From Burkholderiaceae bacterium (GTDB lineage: Bacteria; Pseudomonadota; Gammaproteobacteria; Burkholderiales; Burkholderiaceae_C), in contig JAUMCS010000060.1 in the NCBI GenBank assembly GCA_032122355.1, positions 9,312-73,311 on the forward strand: a stretch of DNA of 64,000 nucleotides. The letters are read 5' to 3'. Positions 40,210 through 47,206 of the stretch are shown piece after piece. The translations under genes and the position numbers were made by a program. Position 1 is the first letter of the stretch; the number at the start of each line of letters is the position of its first letter. The notes beneath the pieces are model-generated. The model did not search any database. It worked only from the letters and a program-made list of their open reading frames with translations, and was not told the DNA's origin.

Positions 40210-41169
40210 ACACTCGCCCCCTCTCTCACCCCGGATTGCTACAATAGATGGTTTGTACTACGGCAACAGCAATTCGTTGTAGCCCCCTCTCTCACCCCGG
40301 ATTGCTACAATTTTAAAAATAACCTTGTGGGTTGTTTCTTCGTTGTAGCCCCCTCTCTCACCCCGGATTGCTACAATCTCGGGGAGCTGCGTGAGGTGCA
40401 GGCATTTGTTGTAGCCCCCTCTCTCACCCCGGATTGCTACAATGAGAAGAAAACGAAGAAGAAGAGAGAGAAGGTTGTAGCCCCCTCTCTCACCCCGGAT
40501 TGCTACAATTCAAATTTCCGTTTGACCACTCGCGGCAACGTTGTAGCCCCCTCTCTCACCCCGGATTGCTACAATAAAGAAGAGAAAGGCAAGGAAGGAA
40601 AGAAAGTTGTAGCCCCCTCTCTCACCCCGGATTGCTACAATGCTGCATCAGGCATCAAATGCTCTACCTCTGTTGTAGCCCCCTCTCTCACCCCGGATTG
40701 CTACAATGTAGGGTTGTGTTATTACTGGTGACGTACAGTTGTAGCCCCCTCTCTCACCCCGGATTGCTACAATGCTTAAAGCCGGTTAAAAAAACCAAGC
40801 AGGGTTGTAGCCCCCTCTCTCACCCCGGATTGCTACAATTAGCTTCATTGTTAAGGCGCACTGTAACCCGTTGTAGCCCCCTCTCTCACCCCGGATTGCT
40901 ACAATATACTCATGAAGCGGTTTTGCCTTATTGACGTTGTAGCCCCCTCTCTCACCCCGGATTGCTACAATAAAATGGCGCCGGATGTCTTCCGGCCACG
41001 CGTTGTAGCCCCCTCTCTCACCCCGGATTGCTACAATCATGAAGCGGTTTTGCCTTATTGATTAATCGTTGTAGCCCCCTCTCTCACCCCGGATTGCTAC
41101 AATACCTTATCTAAACTATCTTCTTCTATAACCGTTGTAGCCCCCTCTCTCACCCCGGATTGCTACAAT
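40210..41169 (+). CRISPR. CRISPR array, type II-C: 15 repeats of 36 nt (first one degenerate at its 5' end) and 14 spacers of exactly 30 nt
   Basis: Repeats were located by hand at 40210, 40276, 40342, 40408, 40474, 40540, 40606, 40672, 40738, 40804, 40870, 40936, 41002, 41068 and 41134, a 66-nt period. Consensus GTTGTAGCCCCCTCTCTCACCCCGGATTGCTACAAT. Orientation was set by similarity to the Neisseria meningitidis II-C repeat and by the tracrRNA anti-repeat. Confidence 0.97.
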
Positions 41170-41178
41170 AGACCCCTT

Positions 41179-41221
41179 GTAAACCCGCTACAGGCCTAGC
41201 TTTTAGCGGGTTTACATTTTT
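41179..41221 (+). terminator. rho-independent terminator at the cas2-proximal end of the array
   Basis: Perfect 12-bp stem GTAAACCCGCTA / TAGCGGGTTTAC with a 13-nt loop, followed by ATTTTT. Confidence 0.7.
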
Positions 41222-41231
41222 AAAAACCGCC

Positions 41232-41564
41232 TTAAAAAAGGCACATTTGATTGGAATTTATCTTTTTTTCCTGAAAACCAACTTCGCCCACCAGCAGTAA
41301 CATACCGGCAAATTGCTTTTCAGTCACGGTCAGCACGCGCACTGACCCCTTAACGGGCAGATGAGCCATTAGCCTTTTTAAATGTTTTTCTTCGGCATCC
41401 CTGCCATTCAATATTCGACCATAAACAGAAAATTGAATCATGTGGTAGCCATCATTCAGCAAGAACCTCCGAAACTCCACATACGCACGCTTATCAGCTT
41501 TGCTTACTGTAGGCAAATCAAAGAACACCATTATTCGCATGAATCGCCTCGTGGTCTGACTCAT
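41232..41564 (-). CDS. cas2: CRISPR-associated endoribonuclease Cas2
   Basis: 110 aa. RIMVFFDLPTVSKADKRAYVEFRRFLLNDGYHMIQFSVYGR is typical of type II Cas2. Confidence 0.9.
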   Translation of the reverse strand: MSQTTRRFMRIMVFFDLPTVSKADKRAYVEFRRFLLNDGYHMIQFSVYGRILNGRDAEEKHLKRLMAHLPVKGSVRVLTVTEKQFAGMLLLVGEVGFQEKKINSNQMCLF

Positions 41565-41579
41565 GCTGGTTGAGTACGC

Positions 41580-42488
41580 CTACATCTCGTACTTATGCTG
41601 ATTTAAACCTATCAGCCTCGGTAACTCTAAAACCAACTCACTGCCACCATCATACAAGCGCGCCAATGATTCAGCCGCCTGCTCTACTGCAGCCAATACA
41701 CTCATCACCCCCCGCGGCATTGCCACATCCACATTCAGCAAACCCACCAAAGCCACTTTATCACTTGGGCTTAAATCGGCCGAGCCATCCGGCTTGCGGT
41801 TCATGGCCACATACAAATCCACCAACGGGCGAAATGGTTCAATCAAATCATCCGCCAAATTAAATGCATTTTGCTCACTGCTGTGGAATATACCCAGCGA
41901 CGGCAACATACCGTGAGCCACCACAGCCCTTGCACATGCGCCGCGCATCACAGCATAACCATAATCTAAGGCAGCATTTAACCAACCTATTTGGCTTCGA
42001 TTGAAATTGTGCCCCATGATTTTCAGGAAGTAATATGCCGCAGCCTGCGCCTCTAAATTACCCTGATCACCCGAGCGCACCCTACGCGCCATGGCTTCAA
42101 GCCGATCTGGATCGCCAAGGCTTAGTAACTGCATACACTTGGCCTGATTGCGAATTTTGGCCTGCACCATACTGGCCCAAGCACGCTTAGCCGATGGTTT
42201 ATCTAAATCCAACTGCAAACGCAACATCCGTGTAGCACGGCTATGGGCTTGAAATGGCAGTAAAACTCCATTAGGCTGATGATTATCACCCGTTGAAAAA
42301 AGGCCAATTCCGTATTCAGCACAGGCTGAAAGCACAGGGTGCGTCAGGGTAATTTCTCGGTTGTTCAACACAATCACTGCAATATCTTCAAAAGGGATAC
42401 GCGCCACCTGGGCTTGTTCAACCAACAATGAGAAATGCTCACGCCTAAGCCTAGCAGGCTGGTTCACCATCACGCTTCGCCACACCAT
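41580..42488 (-). CDS. cas1: CRISPR-associated endonuclease Cas1 (type II)
   Basis: 302 aa with conserved Cas1 segments (LNAALDYGYAVMRGACARAVVAHGMLPSLGIFH...NAFNLADDLIEPFRPLVD). It overlaps the cas9 3' end; an internal Met at 42470 is an alternative start. Confidence 0.92.
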   Translation of the reverse strand: MVWRSVMVNQPARLRREHFSLLVEQAQVARIPFEDIAVIVLNNREITLTHPVLSACAEYGIGLFSTGDNHQPNGVLLPFQAHSRATRMLRLQLDLDKPSAKRAWASMVQAKIRNQAKCMQLLSLGDPDRLEAMARRVRSGDQGNLEAQAAAYYFLKIMGHNFNRSQIGWLNAALDYGYAVMRGACARAVVAHGMLPSLGIFHSSEQNAFNLADDLIEPFRPLVDLYVAMNRKPDGSADLSPSDKVALVGLLNVDVAMPRGVMSVLAAVEQAAESLARLYDGGSELVLELPRLIGLNQHKYEM

Positions 42489-45400
42489 TGCGCACCTCCT
42501 GTTTAGCTGCGTAAATACGGCCTAACACATCCACGTGAAATTTTTCAATTGACAGAGCAGTCTTCACGCCAATGCCTCTGATCAAGCCATCTTTGCCTAC
42601 CGTGCTATTACGATCGTGGGCCCATAAGGTTAAACTGGCCGATGCCCGATCAAAGCCTGCATAATAGCCCTTGATCAGGGGCTTGCCCTTTTGCTGAATG
42701 TGCACATAATCATTGCGCTGCAATTGAAAGCCAAAAGTAAACGTTTCATCCACAACCGTCCATTCGGACTCTGGTTTTGCCGCTGTAGCGGCACGGTTGG
42801 GCAAACCGGTTACTCGATGATGTAAATATACGGGAACCAAATAAAATTTACCAGCCTTTGAAAATACATCTACCCGCAACATGGTTTCGTTCATCGCCAA
42901 ACCACCCCGAACGGGTATGCCAGTCATTTTTTCTTTTTCCAGCTTGACAGATCGTACCAGCGCCCCAGGCGCACCATCATTTCGGGGTTTGCGCGGTAAC
43001 TCACGCAACAACGCTATTTCTGCTTTCTCTGCTGCAGTCAATTCACGGCGGTCTTTACCTTTACCCGCACTGGCCTCAATCGCTTTGGCTTGTTTTTCAT
43101 TGGCTTCACGGGCTTCTAACCACTGGCGTATCGCGGCATACAGTTTTTCATTACGGTGGGGCTCCACCAATTTGTCCATATCCTTGAGCGTCAAGTCACG
43201 CACGTGCACCTTTTCTGTGATGCCATTTGCCGTTTTGCCATACACGGTCGCTTTATGAACTGCACCCCCATTTCTACGCTGCGGTGCCCGCGAAACAAAT
43301 AATGGCTTCACTGCACTTAGCACAGGTTCAGGGTAGGTGCCCAACATACTTAATCGGTTGCGTAGTGCCTCCACATTATCTTCTTTCAGTCTGCACTCTA
43401 GTTCATCCCTAAAATTCAACCATGGCGTTGGAAAGTGAGCTTCTAATTGCGCAAACGTTGCGGGGTTTAATATCTCACCTGTTTCAATATCTACAAAACC
43501 TTCTCGCATTTGTTTGAGTTCTTTTCTGCGTGAATAGTCAGCTAGCCTTTTCACCATACTGTGGCTGCATGCTGCAATGACAACCGCATCCAAGGCATGA
43601 TGCCGATCGCTTTCATCACGCACCTTGACCAAACCCCACCGCGCACGCAAAAAAGCCGTTAATTGCCCATTCAGAACCACGCAACGGCCCTGACCACTTC
43701 CCTGCGCCAATTGCAAATGCTCTTCAACGTAGTTTTTAAAAAACCGTGCAATATAGCGCGTGTCATTTAAGTTGCGCTCACGAAAACTGGACGCCTCTTC
43801 TTTGCCAAAATCTTTGCGTAACAAGCGGCTGCGTTTGGCTTGGCGATACGCCTTGTTAGACTCCACAAATGCGACAAACCTAAGCCAACGTTCGCTGTGG
43901 TTAGCACCATCCAAATACTCGTAAGGCGTACGGTTACCCTTATTGCGGTTTTCATGGGTAAATACCAATACCTTATTGTTTTTGCCATCATCAAAACTGC
44001 GCGAATAAGGCAGCGCATGATCCACTTCAACATAGCCCACTTCCAATAATCGGTGGCGCTCGATCACACCTAATGAATAGGCGCACTTACCCCCTTGCTC
44101 ATCATACAAACGGTATTTCTCAAAATCTTTGCCCCTAGGTTTGCCCTCCAACCCCAAGTCACACGCAATCTCATCAAACTCAGCTCGCACCTGTAAATTC
44201 TTTTCTTTATAGCTTTCCTGCTCTTTTCTAATGGCTTCACGCTCCTCTAATGGGCGCGCCAAGTCGCGTGCCAATTCAATATGCACCTTTGCCGGCGATC
44301 CATACGTTTTTACCAGGGCATTCAAAACCTTACGCGCCTGATTAACAGCTCGAATCACCACCGGGTTACGCGGTACATTCAAATCTGAGTTGAACTGCAT
44401 ACTGCCACGTGAATCACGGCCCATATACAAGGGCGGTAAGGTGCGGTGTGTACCATGGCCGACCTTTTTAACCTGACTGTGATGGTACGATGCCGCTGCA
44501 CAGGCCTCGTCATAGCGCATACCTTGCATCATGTGCGGCACAATGTTCCGAAGTGCTTTGAGAGAAAGCGCATGAAACTTATCAAAACGCACCTTCAGTA
44601 AGGCATTAATAGTGGCATCGCCACCCGGCAAGCCCAGCTTTTGCAACTCGGCATTCACTTCAAAGTCTTCCTTATAAACACTCAATACCCATGCAATGTC
44701 ATCCAGCAAATGGGGGTTACCATCTAAGGCCTGTTGTGCCATAGCTTGCCAAATATCTTCTAAGCCTTCTTTTTTAAATACAGTTTTTAGCTCGTGCCAT
44801 GCACTCAGCTTAATCATCACTTCATCTTCGGGGCTTTTGGCTTGGCCTGCGGCTAATTGCGCAGCACTGGGGTAAGCCAAGCCCGTGAATTTAAATGACT
44901 CACTCACACCCACAGCCACTAAGGCTTTGCGCAAGTTTTTGTAAGTAAATTTTTCTTTGCTTTGATAAGGGAGATTCACGCAAATTCGGTGCTCTTCTTC
45001 AGTAAGCCCCCTACTCATTCCATCTACCGTAATACGTGTATTGTTTAAACGTGTAAGCCACACATGGCGTTCAGCCGTAAAGCTGGCTTTAGGCGCGCGA
45101 AATTCAGATGGCTCAAACGTACATTTTCCCAGCATCTTTAATAGACCATCCCCCATCAAAGGGGGCTTTTGCAACCAAAATAGGCCACTCTTTTTATCGC
45201 CGTTACCTAAAATCTGCAACGCTAAATCTTCGCCGGCGTGCGCATGCCCAAAGCCCCTTTGGGCAATAAACAATTGATGCAGCTCATCAGCTAATAAAAC
45301 GCGCGACAGGGATTTTGTATAATCATCTTTTTTATTACGCTGCGCTATGGGAAATTCGGCCAGTACCATTTCAGCGGCAGTACGGTAATTTTTTTCTTTC

Positions 45401-45921
45401 ATGAGCGCCCTAGTGCTTTGCAGTGCTTGCTTAACCCTTCCTGTTTCACTGGCAGCATCTTCCTCAGCAGCCTTTTCTTCTGCACTGCTCGTCCAATGAA
45501 AGCCGCGCCGTTTACAAATGTGGTAGATGACACGCGCCCATTCTTCATGGCTCAATAAACGATCTAGCCCTTCTTTACGCAATTGCCAAACCGAATCAGC
45601 ATGACTGGGCTGCTTTTTGAAATAATGCGCATCCGTAATCATTCCTTGTCGCCGCATCAAACGAGCAAGCCGTGTTAACCGCCACGCCCTTCTGCGCAAC
45701 CGCCTGCGAGCAAGGCGGGCCGTTCTTCTTTCAAAATTCAGCGACTTTCCCTTACCTTTATCGTTGATTTCAGCCATATTGAAAGCCCTAACACCCAGGT
45801 CGACAATACGCTCTTCACTCAATACAGCCCAACCCACAGAGGCAATACCAATATCAAAACCAAATGTTAAGGGCCCCAAGTTTGTGGTGTGTAAATTTTT
45901 TTCTGGTATGTGATTTTCCAT
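42451..45921 (-). CDS. cas9: CRISPR-associated endonuclease Cas9, type II-C
   Basis: 1156 aa. RuvC-I FDIGIASVGWAVL, Arg-rich bridge helix RRTARLARRRLRRRAWRL, HNH VDHALPYSRSFDDGKNNKVLVFTHENRNKGNRTPYEY, RuvC-III HHALDAVVIAACS. There is no csn2 or cas4. Confidence 0.97.
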   Translation of the reverse strand: MENHIPEKNLHTTNLGPLTFGFDIGIASVGWAVLSEERIVDLGVRAFNMAEINDKGKGKSLNFERRTARLARRRLRRRAWRLTRLARLMRRQGMITDAHYFKKQPSHADSVWQLRKEGLDRLLSHEEWARVIYHICKRRGFHWTSSAEEKAAEEDAASETGRVKQALQSTRALMKEKNYRTAAEMVLAEFPIAQRNKKDDYTKSLSRVLLADELHQLFIAQRGFGHAHAGEDLALQILGNGDKKSGLFWLQKPPLMGDGLLKMLGKCTFEPSEFRAPKASFTAERHVWLTRLNNTRITVDGMSRGLTEEEHRICVNLPYQSKEKFTYKNLRKALVAVGVSESFKFTGLAYPSAAQLAAGQAKSPEDEVMIKLSAWHELKTVFKKEGLEDIWQAMAQQALDGNPHLLDDIAWVLSVYKEDFEVNAELQKLGLPGGDATINALLKVRFDKFHALSLKALRNIVPHMMQGMRYDEACAAASYHHSQVKKVGHGTHRTLPPLYMGRDSRGSMQFNSDLNVPRNPVVIRAVNQARKVLNALVKTYGSPAKVHIELARDLARPLEEREAIRKEQESYKEKNLQVRAEFDEIACDLGLEGKPRGKDFEKYRLYDEQGGKCAYSLGVIERHRLLEVGYVEVDHALPYSRSFDDGKNNKVLVFTHENRNKGNRTPYEYLDGANHSERWLRFVAFVESNKAYRQAKRSRLLRKDFGKEEASSFRERNLNDTRYIARFFKNYVEEHLQLAQGSGQGRCVVLNGQLTAFLRARWGLVKVRDESDRHHALDAVVIAACSHSMVKRLADYSRRKELKQMREGFVDIETGEILNPATFAQLEAHFPTPWLNFRDELECRLKEDNVEALRNRLSMLGTYPEPVLSAVKPLFVSRAPQRRNGGAVHKATVYGKTANGITEKVHVRDLTLKDMDKLVEPHRNEKLYAAIRQWLEAREANEKQAKAIEASAGKGKDRRELTAAEKAEIALLRELPRKPRNDGAPGALVRSVKLEKEKMTGIPVRGGLAMNETMLRVDVFSKAGKFYLVPVYLHHRVTGLPNRAATAAKPESEWTVVDETFTFGFQLQRNDYVHIQQKGKPLIKGYYAGFDRASASLTLWAHDRNSTVGKDGLIRGIGVKTALSIEKFHVDVLGRIYAAKQEVRNGVAKRDGEPAC

Positions 45922-45946
45922 AATCTAACTCCATTAGAATTAAATC

Positions 45947-46046
45947 ATTGTAACAATCCGGGGTGAGAGCCGTTGCTGCAATAAGAACTGGCTTTTATGC
46001 CTGTTCGTCCCCAAAACCCGCTACTGGCAACTTTAGCGGGTTTTTT
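45947..46046 (+). ncRNA. tracrRNA: predicted tracrRNA (divergent from cas9)
   Basis: The 36-nt anti-repeat ATTGTAACAATCCGGGGTGAGAGCCGTTGCTGCAAT (45947-45982) is complementary to the repeat at both ends with a central bulge. A nexus-like AAGAACTGGC follows, then a terminator (11-bp stem AAAACCCGCTA/TAGCGGGTTTT plus T6) ending at 46046. A candidate -10 TAGAAT lies at 45935-45940. The layout mirrors the N. meningitidis tracrRNA (..GAGAACCGUUGCUACAAUAAGG..) as I recall it. The exact 5' end is uncertain. Confidence 0.8.
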
Positions 46047-46107
46047 CTTTCTACAAGCCATAATGCCATTGGGCTAATAGCGTTACAATAGCGATTTGAC
46101 GCATACA

Positions 46108-46195
46108 GGAAGCGTGGCAGAGTGGTCGATTGCACCGGTCTTGAAAACCGGCAACGGGCAACCGTTCGTGAGTTCGAATCTCACCGCTTCCGCCA
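46108..46195 (+). tRNA. tRNA-Ser (anticodon TGA)
   Basis: Hand-folded. Acceptor GGAAGCG/CGCTTCC, anticodon stem CCGGT/ACCGG with loop CTTGAAA, long variable arm, T-arm GTGAG-TTCGAAT-CTCAC, encoded CCA. Confidence 0.88.
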
Positions 46196-46201
46196 GAAAC
46201 G

Positions 46202-46227
46202 AAAACAGCCCCAATTGGGGCTGTTTT
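46202..46227 (+). terminator. terminator hairpin downstream of tRNA-Ser (duplicated at about 46941-46966)
   Basis: AAAACAGCCCC-AATT-GGGGCTGTTTT, an 11-bp perfect stem with a T-run. Confidence 0.7.
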
Positions 46228-46268
46228 CACATGGGCGCGGGGGCGCTTTTGCGTTTGTGCTGGAGCAA

Positions 46269-46604
46269 TTACCCGCTGATTGGGTGCTCGGTGATGAACT
46301 GGCGCAGAGCAGCGTTCACACGGGTCTGCCAACCCTTGCCGGTGGCCTTGAAGGCTTCCAGAAGGTCAGCATCCAAACGAATCGCGGTAAAAACCTTGGT
46401 TTCGTCTGCCTTCGGACGACCGCGTGGGCGCTTGGCGACCAACATAGCATACACATCCGGCGGCATCACCTCGCTTGCAGGTTTGGCCTTTGCGAACCAT
46501 TCCGCATCAAGCTCACGCGCATCCGGGTCAGCCGCAATGCCAGCGTTGATGGCGGCTTCCTCATCCGGGGTGGGGCTAATGTGCCCGACTTTAAGTTTCG
46601 GCAT
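46269..46604 (-). CDS. brnA: BrnA-family antitoxin
   Basis: MPKLKVGHISPTPDEEAAINAGIAADPDARELDAEWFAKAKPASEV...RGRPKADETKVFTAIRLDADLLEAFKATGKGWQTRVNAALRQF is typical of BrnA. The ATG at 46604 is preferred over the track start at 46658. Confidence 0.75.
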   Translation of the reverse strand: MPKLKVGHISPTPDEEAAINAGIAADPDARELDAEWFAKAKPASEVMPPDVYAMLVAKRPRGRPKADETKVFTAIRLDADLLEAFKATGKGWQTRVNAALRQFITEHPISG

Positions 46605-46857
46605 ATCGCTTTTCCTCTCGCTTGTTGGCCTTGCGCAGGCTGATGACGCGAACGGCATCAGTGCGACGGCAATAGATCATCACGTACAAGCGTTCGCCGA
46701 TGTAGCCAGTGGCCTCGAATCGTTGCTCGGCATACTGCTTGCGCGTGTCCTCACGAACCACGGCAGTTTCCCATTCAAAGCCATCAGCATCAGCCAGCGA
46801 CAAGCCGTGCTTGTCGAGGTTGATTTCGTCTTTGGCTGAGTCGAATTCGTAGTTCAT
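46591..46857 (-). CDS. brnT: BrnT-family toxin (DUF497)
   Basis: MNYEFDSAKDEINLDKHGLSLADADGFEWETAVVREDTRKQYAEQRFEATGYIGERLYVMIYCRRTDAVRVISLRKANKREEKRY is typical of BrnT. The ATG at 46857 is preferred, because the track's longer ORF (to 46953) runs into the tRNA-derived repeat. Confidence 0.75.
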   Translation of the reverse strand: MNYEFDSAKDEINLDKHGLSLADADGFEWETAVVREDTRKQYAEQRFEATGYIGERLYVMIYCRRTDAVRVISLRKANKREEKRYAET

Positions 46858-46898
46858 GGGATTTATTGTATAAACACAAAATAGCCTTGTCAAGCTAT

Positions 46899-46999
46899 AA
46901 CCGTTCGCGAGTTCGAATCTCACCGCTTCCGCCAGAAACGAAAACAGCCCCAATTGGGGCTGTTTTCACATGGGCGCGGGGGCGCTTTTGCGTTTGTGC
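46899..46999 (+). repeat. att-like direct repeat copy 2 (3' 36 nt of tRNA-Ser + 65 nt downstream)
   Basis: Identical to 46160-46260 except for one substitution (cgtgag to cgcgag). Confidence 0.95.
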
Positions 47000-47206
47000 G
47001 TTCAAAAGTCGAGTTGAGATTCGTGGATGACGAGCGCCTGGTAGTCAGCAAAGGGAAGCACCGCAAAGGCAGGATGAAGTGGTAAAATCTTCTTCGCATC
47101 CCGCAGCCAACCCCGCGTAAATATGGGTTTAAATAGCCCTGAATTCTCGGAAGTTGCGGAGATGAAAAAGCGGGCAGATGTTGATTTTGCCAACTTCTGC
47201 CAGAGA

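Larger units (their letters stand above)
46196..46898. mobile_element. remnant of a tRNA-Ser-integrated element carrying brnT-brnA (no integrase)
   Basis: Bounded by 101-bp direct repeats (46160-46260 and 46899-46999, one mismatch). Each repeat comprises the last 36 nt of tRNA-Ser plus 65 nt of downstream sequence. Confidence 0.55.

Noticed and set aside
40327-41040. ORFs of 134, 100 and 84 aa from the six-frame track running through 40,327-41,040 (VVAPSLTPDCYN... repeats)
   Set aside because: They are translations of the CRISPR array. Their internal repeats are just the 36-nt repeat read in frame (66-nt period = 22 codons).
41570-41863. 97-aa Pro-rich + strand ORF
   Set aside because: It is antisense to cas1 and is a shadow ORF.
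46108-46195. Possibility that the long-arm tRNA is tRNA-Sec
   Set aside because: The anticodon loop reads CTTGAAA, so the anticodon is 5'-UGA-3' (decodes UCA, Ser), not 5'-UCA-3'. The acceptor and T-arm geometry is the ordinary 7/5.
46096-46839. 247-aa and 173-aa + strand ORFs starting inside tRNA-Ser
   Set aside because: They overlap the tRNA and its terminator and are antisense to the well-supported brnT/brnA genes. They are artefacts of GC-rich sequence.
47002-47193. 63-aa minus-strand ORF in the second tRNA-bounded remnant as a functional gene (e.g. anti-CRISPR or toxin)
   Set aside because: It has no recognisable motif, no obvious RBS or partner gene, and lies in a 0.2-kb relic. It is more likely a fragment of a deleted gene. 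It is kept only as a note under the tRNA hotspot finding.
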